A stretch of 64,000 bases of DNA from a virus (lineage: Duplodnaviria > Heunggongvirae > Uroviricota > Caudoviricetes): the IMG/VR virus record IMGVR_UViG_3300045988_156524, one strand, 5' to 3'. Positions 22,122-31,958 of the stretch are shown here, piece after piece. The translations under genes and the position numbers were made by a program. Positions within the stretch are counted from its first letter, which is position 1. Each line of letters begins with the position of its first letter. The notes under the pieces were generated by a model. The model was not told where the DNA came from. It saw only the letters and a program-made list of their open reading frames with translations, and did no database searches.

Positions 22122-22562
22122 ATGGCCACACTATCTGATACAATAAAACCGAATAAAACATATCTTGAGGCGGTACTCCGTACAGCGTTGTTAGGAAAGA
22201 CAGAAGACGAATACGTTGATTTCTTCCTGTCAGGGCTACGCGGGCGATTACTGAAAAATCCCCGCCTGTACCGCAGCTATGGTCCATACTGGCCGGAAAT
22301 TAAAAAATTATTACTGGAGCGCGGTTATGGTAATTTCGGTCGTCTCGTTGACCGTGACGTTCGCAAAATTTACCGTTATGACCGCCCGGCGCTAACACTC
22401 ATAGCCGCGACGCTCTACAGCCAGGAGCGTTTTGATAATGGTCAGATATACTCAGCCTGGCATTTACTGCCAGTGCCTGAAGAAGTTGACGACCAGGACT
22501 ATGAGTTTGAGTCTTACGATTTGGAAGTTGAAGCCTTGGCACAGGCTGGAGAGAAAACTTGA
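22122..22562 (+). CDS. ulx: Hypothetical protein upstream of lxc (146 aa)
   Basis: ATG ORF immediately after darB; synteny (from memory). Confidence 0.45.
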   Translation: MATLSDTIKPNKTYLEAVLRTALLGKTEDEYVDFFLSGLRGRLLKNPRLYRSYGPYWPEIKKLLLERGYGNFGRLVDRDVRKIYRYDRPALTLIAATLYSQERFDNGQIYSAWHLLPVPEEVDDQDYEFESYDLEVEALAQAGEKT

Positions 22563-22807
22563 AAAAGCGATACTACACAGTAAAGCATGGGACGCTACGA
22601 GCATTACAAGAGTTTGCTGATAAGCATAACGTTGAGGTGCGCAGGGAAGGGGGAAGTAAAGCTCTGCGCATGTACCGCCCGGACGGGAAATGGCGGACGG
22701 TGGTCGATTTCAAAACTAACAGTGTTCCCCAGGGCGTCCGCGATCGGGCATTCGAAGAATGGGAGCAGATCATCATAGATAACGCATTGCTCCTGAATGC
22801 AGATTGA
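22559..22807 (+). CDS. lxc: Small basic protein, putative C1 co-repressor Lxc/Bof-like (82 aa)
   Basis: TTG start overlaps ulx stop; size and position match P1 lxc as I recall. Confidence 0.45.
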   Translation: MKKRYYTVKHGTLRALQEFADKHNVEVRREGGSKALRMYRPDGKWRTVVDFKTNSVPQGVRDRAFEEWEQIIIDNALLLNAD

Positions 22808-22808
22808 C

Positions 22809-22837
22809 AATTTTGCCCGGAATTACCGGGCAAAATT
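22809..22837. terminator. Bidirectional terminator between lxc and the convergent toxSAS gene
   Basis: AATTTTGCCCGG-aatta-CCGGGCAAAATT hairpin. Confidence 0.65.
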
Positions 22838-23184
22838 AAGCAACTATCCTTCGTTACGAAGATGCTTATCTAAGAATTTTGTAAACTGGTTTGTTGAGCC
22901 AAAATAGTTGGGGTAGGCTTTTTTTAGTGACTTAATGTTATCTGTAGCAACGAGAACAGATATCAATACATTAGGATTAGAATCGTCTTTATTTAAGGCC
23001 TCAAGGGCTTCATCTGCTTCTTTTGTTTTAAATGCGCGAACAGACACTAGGAACATTTTTTTGTTTTTTGTATTGGGCTTGTTTTCTGCATTTCTCATTG
23101 TTACTAAGTAATGCCCCTTATGATTTTTTGGCAACTTCTTAATCAAATTCGCGTCAGAAGTTAAATTTAAGGCGATGGTGTATG

Positions 23185-23193
23185 TGCTTAGTT
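23185..23193. repeat. IS10 target-site duplication, left copy TGCTTAGTT
   Basis: Identical 9-mer at 24523-24531 flanking the IS. Confidence 0.9.
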
Positions 23194-24522
23194 CTGATGA
23201 ATCCCCTAATGATTTTTATCAAAATCATTAAGTTAAGGTGGATACACATCTTGTCATATGATCAAATGGTTTCGCCAAAAATCAATAATCAGACAACAAA
23301 ATGTGCGAACTCGATATTTTACACGACTCTCTTTACCAATTCTGCCCCGAATTACACTTAAAACGACTCAACAGCTTAACGTTGGCTTGCCACGCCTTAC
23401 TTGACTGTAAAACTCTCACTCTTACCGAACTTGGCCGTAACCTGCCAACCAAAGCGAGAACAAAACATAACATCAAACGAATCGACCGATTGTTAGGTAA
23501 TCGTCACCTCCACAAAGAGCGACTCGCTGTATACCGTTGGCATGCTAGCTTTATCTGTTCGGGCAATACGATGCCCATTGTACTTGTTGACTGGTCTGAT
23601 ATCCGTGAGCAAAAACGGCTTATGGTATTGCGAGCTTCAGTCGCACTACACGGTCGTTCTGTTACTCTTTATGAGAAAGCGTTCCCGCTTTCAGAGCAAT
23701 GTTCAAAGAAAGCTCATGACCAATTTCTAGCCGACCTTGCGAGCATTCTACCGAGTAACACCACACCGCTCATTGTCAGTGATGCTGGCTTTAAAGTGCC
23801 ATGGTATAAATCCGTTGAGAAGCTGGGTTGGTACTGGTTAAGTCGAGTAAGAGGAAAAGTACAATATGCAGACCTAGGAGCGGAAAACTGGAAACCTATC
23901 AGCAACTTACATGATATGTCATCTAGTCACTCAAAGACTTTAGGCTATAAGAGGCTGACTAAAAGCAATCCAATCTCATGCCAAATTCTATTGTATAAAT
24001 CTCGCTCTAAAGGCCGAAAAAATCAGCGCTCGACACGGACTCATTGTCACCACCCGTCACCTAAAATCTACTCAGCGTCGGCAAAGGAGCCATGGATTCT
24101 AGCAACTAACTTACCTGTTGAAATTCGAACACCCAAACAACTTGTTAATATCTATTCGAAGCGAATGCAGATTGAAGAAACCTTCCGAGACTTGAAAAGT
24201 CCTGCCTACGGACTAGGCCTACGCCATAGCCGAACGAGCAGCTCAGAGCGTTTTGATATCATGCTGCTAATCGCCCTGATGCTTCAACTAACATGTTGGC
24301 TTGCGGGCGTTCATGCTCAGAAACAAGGTTGGGACAAGCACTTCCAGGCTAACACAGTCAGAAATCGAAACGTACTCTCAACAGTTCGCTTAGGCATGGA
24401 AGTTTTGCGGCATTCTGGCTACACAATAACAAGGGAAGACTCACTCGTGGCTGCAACCCTGCTTACTCAAAATCTATTCACACATGGTTACGTTTTGGGG
24501 AAATTATGAGGGGATCTCTCAG
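23194..24522 (+). mobile_element. IS10 (IS4 family), complete, 1329 bp
   Basis: Ends CTGATGAATCCCCTAATGATTTT ... GGGGATCTCTCAG; 402-aa transposase; perfect 9-bp TSD. Confidence 0.95.
23301..24509 (+). CDS. IS10 transposase (402 aa)
   Basis: MCELDILHDSLYQFCPELHLKRLNSL... recognised as the IS10/Tn10 transposase. Confidence 0.95.
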   Translation: MCELDILHDSLYQFCPELHLKRLNSLTLACHALLDCKTLTLTELGRNLPTKARTKHNIKRIDRLLGNRHLHKERLAVYRWHASFICSGNTMPIVLVDWSDIREQKRLMVLRASVALHGRSVTLYEKAFPLSEQCSKKAHDQFLADLASILPSNTTPLIVSDAGFKVPWYKSVEKLGWYWLSRVRGKVQYADLGAENWKPISNLHDMSSSHSKTLGYKRLTKSNPISCQILLYKSRSKGRKNQRSTRTHCHHPSPKIYSASAKEPWILATNLPVEIRTPKQLVNIYSKRMQIEETFRDLKSPAYGLGLRHSRTSSSERFDIMLLIALMLQLTCWLAGVHAQKQGWDKHFQANTVRNRNVLSTVRLGMEVLRHSGYTITREDSLVAATLLTQNLFTHGYVLGKL

Positions 24523-24531
24523 TGCTTAGTT
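24523..24531. repeat. IS10 target-site duplication, right copy TGCTTAGTT
   Basis: Read directly. Confidence 0.9.
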
Positions 24532-25411
24532 TCCTCCGTACAGATAAAGTCCGTTCCAGCTCTTTAAGCTCGCCTTCATACTGAGATACAACTAGCTCAT
24601 CAAGAGTGCAGGCTTTTTCGTCGTGCGCTACAAGACATCCGGCTAGATAGAAAAATCGTCTCCATTCTGGATGCCCTTCACTTGAAGTTTTCAGCTTGAT
24701 ACCTTCAAGGGTATCAATTATTTCAAGGCTAGTAGCCCAAGCATGCTGCAATTGAGTTCTTAACTGTATCTCAATCTTTGTTTTTCGCCACGGATATTGA
24801 TCCTCTTTCTGATCGAAGCAACTGTATGCAAGGTGGATTCCACTATAGCCGCTGTCTTTGGGAGTAAGATAATCATACTCTTTAACAATCCTATGAACAG
24901 ATTTGCTTTTTAAAAGACGTTCCTTTAGCTGTATCAACTGGTCTAAGTTTCTGACAATGGCCCTACATCCGCCAACGTCCTGCATCCGTGTTAATTTAAT
25001 TGCATTGCTAGTTCTGCCTCCATCAAGACTAGGACGCTCTAGTTTATCTATTATGGTAGAAAGTCGCTTAAGTCTTCTTGCAACGAGAATCTTTTTGTCC
25101 TTGTCAACCTTAGCAGCTGCTCTTGCTAAATGATTTTTCATGAGCATTAATGGATAAAGATGCAGCTCACGGAAATTTTGTATCATTTCAATAGATTGCT
25201 GCCTTTCTTCGTCACTACACCCGTGCCTTATCAATTGAGCAGCCCTATCAATTTGAGATTTTGAATATTTCAACTTGCATTTTTGACTTTGATAAACTTC
25301 ATTCCCCATTGCTTTCATCCATTTTAAATGATTTACATGCTGTTACATCTAATGATAAAGCGGTTAGAAAATCAATGGAGAATGTAACCACAAAATTACT
25401 GTATGTAATTG

Positions 25412-26053
25412 TTAAAAATAATTATGCTTGCCTGTTAATACCCCTTTCGGCACTTTTTTTTGTTCCAGTATCTGGGTGCCCAGAATTATGTTAATCAGTG
25501 GACTTAGTAACGATGGTTCTTGGCGGGCCTCAACTTCTCCAGCCATTGCCCTGATGTAGTCGGCGCTGGCAACGTTGTTGTATTCCGTCGCAAAGCAACA
25601 TAGTAACGTCAGAACATGCTCTGTCGTTATTTCGCTCCAGTTGATGTTGAAAAATTCATCGCCTTTTTTATCGTGTTCGGAATCGAAGATGCTTTGGTGG
25701 AGAATGTATTTGCCGGATTCCTTGCGCGGTAACTTGATTGCTTTCTGGCGTTCCAGCTCCTTATAAATCTGCATTGCCTCAATTAGTACCGGCCTGCCGT
25801 TCATGAAGGGATCGCGCAACCTTACACGCTGGCCAACTCGACCAGTAATAAAGCTGTTTTCCTCTTCCACCAGCACGATAAAACCCTTTTCCTCTTTTTC
25901 TCGCAATTCGCGCAGCAGCTGGAGTTCCATATCGCGGCGGCGTTCAGGGTAGCTGGTCCGCTCAGCCATTATCAGCTCGTTATTGATCCATGCAGCAGTC
26001 ATTGACGCCGGTTTGCCGACGCTCATCGAAACAACGCATATTTTCTTATCCAT
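25412..26053 (-). CDS. mat: Hypothetical protein at the P1 mat position (213 aa)
   Basis: ATG 26053 with AGGGGG RBS; synteny between ref and the res-mod slot. Confidence 0.4.
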   Translation of the reverse strand: MDKKICVVSMSVGKPASMTAAWINNELIMAERTSYPERRRDMELQLLRELREKEEKGFIVLVEEENSFITGRVGQRVRLRDPFMNGRPVLIEAMQIYKELERQKAIKLPRKESGKYILHQSIFDSEHDKKGDEFFNINWSEITTEHVLTLLCCFATEYNNVASADYIRAMAGEVEARQEPSLLSPLINIILGTQILEQKKVPKGVLTGKHNYF

Positions 26054-26183
26054 AGCGCCCCCTACAAAAAAGAAAAGCCACCAGCGGCGGCTTAGCAATA
26101 CAACTGAAGGTAGCGCCCGGTACTCAGACTGTGCCGTCCATGGAATATTTGAAAAGGGATCCATCCGTACCGGGCATGTGATG

Positions 26184-26206
26184 ATTCTGACTGAAGTCAC
26201 TTGTCA
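26184..26206 (-). promoter_or_regulatory. Candidate late promoter for mat (TGACAAGTGACT, 5 nt, CAGAAT on minus strand)
   Basis: Motif family member. Confidence 0.35.
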
Positions 26207-26242
26207 GTTGTCAATCATTTATCATTAAAAATAATATATTTA

Positions 26243-26803
26243 TTAGTGCATGATGTTTGCCATCTCATAGGCGTCAGCCAGTAACTCCATCTCTGACTTG
26301 TTCAGCAGGGTGAATTCTTTCTTGCCTCCAACCACACCATCGGCATGAACAGGGACCAGCCAGGGGTATTTTGCTCTTACTTCAGCCGGTGCTGCATGCT
26401 GGTGGTGCCATCTACAAAGTGGCAATTGCTTTTTATGACAACCCGGCGCGGTACGACCGGCGATATGGTGCAGAGACACCTCATTAGATATTACTCCATG
26501 CATATAGCAGGCAATGCAGGGGAGAGTGCCAAGAGCATTGGCGATGCGCCGTTCCTCCGCCGTTGGTGTTCTCCCCTTCAAGCCACGAGATTTTATTTTT
26601 ACCGCACTTTTCCGCGTTTTGCTGGCTGGTGGGCGCTCTTTCTGTTTAGCGATACGGCGGTCGATAGAATCCCGCATTTTCTGATATTGCGATTCTCGCC
26701 AGGCGGGGTCAGCCAACTTTTCCCGTTGCCGAGCGATCGCTCGTTCTCTGGCTGCCTTCTGCCACTCGCGGCGCTGTTCAAGTTTTTGTTCGATTGTTTT
26801 CAT
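26243..26803 (-). CDS. ref: Recombination enhancement function, HNH endonuclease (186 aa)
   Basis: Cys/His-rich HNH region (CIACYMHG...HH...CRWHH); size and position as P1 Ref. Confidence 0.8.
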   Translation of the reverse strand: MKTIEQKLEQRREWQKAARERAIARQREKLADPAWRESQYQKMRDSIDRRIAKQKERPPASKTRKSAVKIKSRGLKGRTPTAEERRIANALGTLPCIACYMHGVISNEVSLHHIAGRTAPGCHKKQLPLCRWHHQHAAPAEVRAKYPWLVPVHADGVVGGKKEFTLLNKSEMELLADAYEMANIMH

Positions 26804-26807
26804 ATGG

Positions 26808-26833
26808 CAAAAAAAGGCGGCCTAATGGCCGCC
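26808..26833 (-). terminator. Hairpin plus T-run on minus strand, 5 nt upstream of the ref start codon
   Basis: GGCGGCC-taat-GGCCGCC followed by TTTTTTT on the minus strand. Confidence 0.4.
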
Positions 26834-26900
26834 AATGATGTCAAGGAGTGAAGTAATGGCAACGTCTTCGTAGTTGACAAAAACTGCGGCTAAATTATAG

Positions 26901-26917
26901 CAATCAATTAGAGCAAT
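26901..26917 (-). promoter_or_regulatory. C1 operator-like site upstream of ref
   Basis: Reverse complement ATTGCTCTAATTGATTG, 3 mismatches to consensus. Confidence 0.4.
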
Positions 26918-27049
26918 GGTAGATATTTTGTTTCTCGCGAATCACATTTTTTCACTTCAGTACCTGTGTGCTATACTCCTTCTTGATTGATTGGATGCGG
27001 AATACAAACCCGCTCTTTTGTGCAGCCTGGCTCCTTGCCAGGCTTTTTT

Positions 27050-27361
27050 TTATTTCATCATGGAAGCTGTTAACGCTTTGGACCTTGCTGAACTGATTGA
27101 AAGGGCATTGTTTACCTTACCCAGGAGTTCGCCAAATTCCCCCATCACTCTAGTAAGCCCGCGCCGCGCTTCCTCCTCCGTTGCATTCATCACAAAATGT
27201 TCAGCACTCCGCATGCTTTTAACGGGGAACGCAACAGATATCGAGTCGATATCAGGCATCCTATCGCTCAACTTTACGGTGACAATGACAGATGGCGACA
27301 GAATATTAGTGCTTACAGACAGCACTACATATTTTCCGTCGATGTTGAAATCCTTTCTCAT
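27050..27361 (-). CDS. cra: Small protein downstream of cre (103 aa)
   Basis: ATG ORF co-directional with cre; position matches P1 cra (from memory). Confidence 0.4.
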   Translation of the reverse strand: MRKDFNIDGKYVVLSVSTNILSPSVIVTVKLSDRMPDIDSISVAFPVKSMRSAEHFVMNATEEEARRGLTRVMGEFGELLGKVNNALSISSARSKALTASMMK

Positions 27362-27411
27362 ATGCCACCATAAATATCAAAGAATTAGAGCAATCATTTA
27401 CGTGTTAATGG

Positions 27412-28443
27412 CTAATTGCCATCTTCCAGCAGGCGCACCATTGCCCCTGTTTCACTATCCAGGTTACGGATATAGTTCATGACAATATTTACGTTGGTCC
27501 AGCCACCAGCTTGCATGATCTCCGGTATTGAAACTCCAGCGCGGGCCATATCTCGCGCGGCTCCGACACGGGCACTGTGTCCAGACCAGGCCAGGTATCT
27601 CTGACCAGAGTCATCCTTAGCGCCGTAAATCAATCGATGAGTTGCTTCAAAAATCCCTTCCAGGGCGCGAGTTGATAGCTGGCTGGTGGCAGATGGCGCG
27701 GCAACACCATTTTTTCTGACCCGGCAAAACAGGTAGTTATTCGGATCATCAGCTACACCAGAGACGGAAATCCATCGCTCGACCAGTTTAGTTACCCCCA
27801 GGCTAAGTGCCTTCTCTACACCTGCGGTGCTAACCAGCGTTTTCGTTCTGCCAATATGGATTAACATTCTCCCACCGTCAGTACGTGAGATATCTTTAAC
27901 CCTGATCCTGGAAATTTCGGCTATACGTAACAGGGTGTTATAAGCAATCCCCAGAAATGCCAGATTACGTATATCCTGGCAGCGATCGCTATTTTCCATG
28001 AGTGAACGAACCTGGTCGAAATCAGTGCGTTCGAACGCCAGCGCCTGTTTTGCACGCTCACCGGCATCAACGTTTTCTTTTCGGATCCGTCGCATGACGA
28101 GTGAAACAGCATTGCTGTCACTTGGTCGTGGCAGACCGGACCGACGATGAAGCATATTTAGCTGGCCCAAATGTTGCTGGATAGTTTTCACTGCCAGACC
28201 GCGCGCCTGAAGATATAGAAGATAATCGCGAACATCTTCAGGTTCTGCGGGAAACCACTTCCGGTTATTCAACTTGCACCATGCCGCCCACGACCGGCAA
28301 ACGGACAGAAGCATTTTCCAGGTATGCTCAGAAAACGCCTGGCGATCCCTGAACATGTCCATCAGGTTCTTGCGAACCTCATCACTCGTTGCATCGACCG
28401 GTAATGCAGGCAAATTTTGGTGTACGGTCAGTAAATTGGACAT
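27412..28443 (-). CDS. cre: Cre tyrosine recombinase (343 aa)
   Basis: MSNLLTVHQNLPALPVDATSDEVRKNLMDMFRDRQAFSEHTWKML... recognised; loxP lies 419 bp upstream. Confidence 0.97.
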   Translation of the reverse strand: MSNLLTVHQNLPALPVDATSDEVRKNLMDMFRDRQAFSEHTWKMLLSVCRSWAAWCKLNNRKWFPAEPEDVRDYLLYLQARGLAVKTIQQHLGQLNMLHRRSGLPRPSDSNAVSLVMRRIRKENVDAGERAKQALAFERTDFDQVRSLMENSDRCQDIRNLAFLGIAYNTLLRIAEISRIRVKDISRTDGGRMLIHIGRTKTLVSTAGVEKALSLGVTKLVERWISVSGVADDPNNYLFCRVRKNGVAAPSATSQLSTRALEGIFEATHRLIYGAKDDSGQRYLAWSGHSARVGAARDMARAGVSIPEIMQAGGWTNVNIVMNYIRNLDSETGAMVRLLEDGN

Positions 28444-28861
28444 TTAACACTCAGATAATGGTTTTAAGTAAAGTGTACAGGATCGGCTCTGCCTTTACCT
28501 GTTTATGGTTCTCGTCATAGAAACGCCAGCGACCGCGCGTGCGTTCTATTTTCTCTTCACCGCGAGATAATGACAGTTGGTAACTATCACGCTCAAACCC
28601 TTTTGCCCGCCAGTAACCACGGTTTTTCTCAAGCTCAAGATGAGTGGACACTTTAGCAGCTGAATATCCCATTTTTCACCTCTGATTGATTGGTGGTGCT
28701 AAGTGCGCTACGCGAAATCTGGAGCACTAACACTGCCAACATTTCGCAGATTTTACGTAGCGCAACCTTGATCAAATGATCAAGTGATCACTATTTGACC
28801 TGATAAGGTATTGAACTGTATGGATTTACAGGTAAATTGATCATGTTCAATAACCCTTAAT

Positions 28862-28895
28862 ATAACTTCGTATAATGTATGCTATACGAAGTTAT
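28862..28895. other. loxP site
   Basis: Exact ATAACTTCGTATA-ATGTATGC-TATACGAAGTTAT. Confidence 0.98.
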
Positions 28896-28938
28896 TAGGT
28901 CTGATGAGGAGTTTACGTCCAGCCGTGTAGAAAAATCA

Positions 28939-28955
28939 AGAATTATTAGAGCAAT
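28939..28955 (-). promoter_or_regulatory. C1 operator
   Basis: Reverse complement ATTGCTCTAATAATTCT. Confidence 0.55.
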
Positions 28956-29022
28956 AAAAAATTGAGAGTAAAATCCCACTCCACCAGCCAAATACTGGAT
29001 TGTTTTTCATAGTCGTTTGACA

Positions 29023-29039
29023 ATTGCTCTAATAAATTA
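29023..29039 (+). promoter_or_regulatory. C1 operator
   Basis: ATTGCTCTAATAAATTA, 1 mismatch to consensus. Confidence 0.6.
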
Positions 29040-29277
29040 TAGTTTTGCCGCCGTTTCGTAATACGACTTTGGACTCACTACTTAATGTGTCTTCAGCGTT
29101 GTAGAGCGGCTCAGAAGGAAATGAGCAAACAGGGAAACCTTATACAACGGCATTACCGCTATGCATTGCTCATCTTACACACAGCGCAATGTTGATAGAT
29201 AACCCCAGCATGGAACATGGGTGAAACAGTAGGTCAGAGCTTCAGGCTCTGTGTTGTCAATACAGTGAGGCATAATT

Positions 29278-29487
29278 ATGGCTTTCATTCCACCAACCAT
29301 CGACGACGTTAGACATTGCTCTAACGCTTTATCTGTAGACCCTGCCGAAACCGACGCTGCCCGCGCCATTGCTGAACACTACTCAAAGATATCCAATCAG
29401 GAGTACCGCATCACCCAAGACGACCTGGATGATCTCACTGACACAATCGAATATCTCATGGCCACTAACCAGCCAGACTCACAATAA
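29278..29487 (+). CDS. coi: C1 inactivator Coi (69 aa)
   Basis: MAFIPPTIDDVRHCSNALS...; immediately upstream of c1; GTGAGG RBS. Confidence 0.8.
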   Translation: MAFIPPTIDDVRHCSNALSVDPAETDAARAIAEHYSKISNQEYRITQDDLDDLTDTIEYLMATNQPDSQ

Positions 29488-29503
29488 ATGCACTAATAAA
29501 TCT
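29487..29503 (+). promoter_or_regulatory. Weak C1 operator-like site between coi and c1
   Basis: AATGCACTAATAAATCT, 14/17 match. Confidence 0.35.
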
Positions 29504-29597
29504 ATTATTTTCGTTGGATCCTTCTATAATGGTGGCCAACAACTCCCAGTGTAATCCGCTGTGAGTTGTTGGCCATGTCAATTCTGGAGGAGGATCA

Positions 29598-30449
29598 ATG
29601 ATAAATTATGTCTACGGCGAACAACTGTACCAGGAGTTCGTCAGCTTCAGGGATCTCTTTCTAAAAAAAGCTGTTGCACGCGCCCAACACGTTGATGCCG
29701 CCAGCGACGGTCGTCCTGTTCGCCCGGTTGTCGTTCTGCCGTTCAAAGAAACGGACAGCATTCAGGCTGAAATTGATAAATGGACTTTAATGGCGCGGGA
29801 ACTGGAACAGTACCCAGACCTCAATATCCCAAAGACTATTTTATATCCTGTGCCTAACATCCTTCGCGGTGTGCGTAAGGTTACGACTTATCAGACAGAA
29901 GCTGTGAACAGCGTCAACATGACCGCTGGCCGCATTATTCATCTGATTGATAAGGACATTCGCATCCAGAAAAGCGCGGGGATCAATGAGCACAGTGCGA
30001 AATACATAGAGAACCTGGAAGCAACAAAAGAGCTAATGAAGCAGTACCCGGAGGATGAAAAATTCCGTATGCGTGTACACGGCTTTAGCGAAACAATGCT
30101 GCGCGTCCATTACATTTCCAGTAGCCCTAACTACAATGATGGTAAATCAGTTAGTTACCATGTGCCGCTGTGTGGTGTGTTTATCTGCGATGAAACTCTC
30201 CGTGATGGAATCATCATCAACGGTGAATTCGAGAAAGCAAAATTTAGCCTTTATGACTCTATAGAACCGATCATCTGCGACCGCTGGCCGCAGGCAAAAA
30301 TATATCGCCTGGCAGATATTGAAAATGTAAAAAAACAAATTGCCATCACTCGCGAAGAGAAAAAGGTCAAATCAGCCGCATCAGTTACGCGCAGCCGCAA
30401 AACTAAGAAGGGGCAGCCAGTAAACGACAACCCCGAAAGCGCGCAATAG
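29598..30449 (+). CDS. c1: C1 repressor of lytic functions (283 aa)
   Basis: MINYVYGEQLYQEFVSFRDLFLKKAVARAQ... recognised; GGAGGAGG RBS. Confidence 0.92.
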   Translation: MINYVYGEQLYQEFVSFRDLFLKKAVARAQHVDAASDGRPVRPVVVLPFKETDSIQAEIDKWTLMARELEQYPDLNIPKTILYPVPNILRGVRKVTTYQTEAVNSVNMTAGRIIHLIDKDIRIQKSAGINEHSAKYIENLEATKELMKQYPEDEKFRMRVHGFSETMLRVHYISSSPNYNDGKSVSYHVPLCGVFICDETLRDGIIINGEFEKAKFSLYDSIEPIICDRWPQAKIYRLADIENVKKQIAITREEKKVKSAASVTRSRKTKKGQPVNDNPESAQ

Positions 30450-30473
30450 TTTCCATCCGGCATGGTTAATGAG

Positions 30474-31958
30474 TTATTCATTAAGCCATGCCAGAGCTTC
30501 ATCAACCTGCGCTTCGTCTTCGACGCTAAGCACTTCATCCTGGGGAACATAGTTCGCCAACATAGCGAAACAATATGTATCCCAATGGTCCGGTGAGTGC
30601 AGGTTGAGTTTTTTCTTCATATCTTCCTTTGACATCACCTTCCATTGACCTGCGGAATTTATCCCTACCGGTATCTTTGATGCTTCCTCTATAGTCGCAG
30701 CCCCCTTATCAAGCCTCATACGCCCTGATTTTACAGCTTCTGCCGCCTGAATATTCGCGAAAGCGCGCATATCGAAATAAAGGCTTTTATCTTCACGGCT
30801 GTGCATCTTTTTACCCCAGCGGATACGCTGGACGGTAATGCCATAGCGTTCGTACATTAGATCAGCCGTCGATTTCCCCAAGCCATCGCCATCAATAGCT
30901 ATGGTTATGTTCGGGAACCGTTCTGGGTTACATTCTGCGAAAATCTTGGCGGCTAACTGCGTTTCTGTAACGTCTGTGTATTCCAGCATACGATAGTTGA
31001 TTACACGGCGTTTATTTCGCTGGCCGGACACCATCATGATATTAATAACGGACTTATCTCGTCCTGTGCCACCAGCAACGTCAACACATGCAACCCAGCC
31101 CCATCCTTTGGCAATCTTGACCTTTCGCCGCGTCGCCCGCTCAACCTCATCACGACCAAGAAGAAAGCCATCTTGAGATTTGGGAAATTCACCACGTACT
31201 TTGATCATGTACATGGGGTTATCACGACCGCCATACTCCGCAAGTTTTGCTCGTATAAATTTTGCATCTACAAGCGGAGATTCTTCACTATTCAGTATTA
31301 TCGCAGTAAACAATCCATCAGGATTTCCCGGGCGAATAGCTAGTCTGTGGTGTGAATCGTAGAAATAGCCTGAAGGTCGCGTAGGCTGGGAAAGAAGCAG
31401 AATACGGTTATCCTTACCGGTCAGCGCACCTGTTATCACACTGAATGCTTTATCACTCACACCCGACGCTTCGTCGATGATATACAAGAGATGATCGGCG
31501 TGTTCACCAGCCAACGCCTCCTCATTCCCGGGGCGACAGGACTTTATCAATATTGTCCAAACACCCTTGCCAGTCACCTCAAAAAAAGACGTTTCTGTAA
31601 GAATGAAATACTTCGACAACCACGGGAATCTGCTAACAGCAGTAGCCCAATTGCTCTTTATGTATTTGAAAATACCATCAAGGACTTGCTGTCTTTTGTT
31701 AGCGACCAGAATGACGCGAGCGCCGGGGAAAAACATGATGAAGAGTATTGCAATGATACTCGTCATATCCGATTTACCAGTACCATGGCCGGAGGTCACA
31801 CTTGTCCAACTGCCGTCCTGCTGCGTGGACTCAATGATCTCATCCTGCTGCCAGGTTGGTGTCTTCCCAAACAACACATCAGCGGCCGCAATCCAGTCAT
31901 AACGATATAGCGCCACCAGCTCGCGCCAACGTGGGTCCGTTACGCAACTTCTGGCCAT
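30474..31958 (-). CDS. pacB: Terminase large subunit PacB (494 aa)
   Basis: Walker A GHGTGKS, Walker B IIDEAS, downstream nuclease domain; ATG overlaps pacA stop. Confidence 0.9.

Larger units (their letters stand above)
22844..25318 (-). pseudogene. RelA/SpoT-like nucleotidyltransferase with C-terminal extension (fused toxSAS, CapRel-type candidate), interrupted by IS10; reconstructed ORF 378 aa
   Basis: N-part 25318-24523 has GYSGIHLAY and EIQLRTQLQHAWAT synthetase motifs and runs into IS10 (stop 24488-24490); C-part 23193-22844 is in the same frame once IS10 plus one TSD copy (1338 bp) is removed. Confidence 0.75.

Noticed and set aside
22808-26242. Type III restriction-modification genes (res/mod) expected from P1 synteny
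   Set aside because: No large helicase-nuclease or mod-like methyltransferase ORF exists here; the interval is fully accounted for by the toxSAS gene, IS10 and mat.
26991-27482. Plus-strand 163-aa ORF overlapping the cra-like gene
   Set aside because: Antisense to a better-supported minus-strand gene and runs into the cre 3' end; no RBS.
28451-28672. 73-aa minus-strand ORF between loxP and cre
   Set aside because: Falls in the cre promoter/leader region; no recognisable domain; likely a chance ORF, though translation is not excluded.
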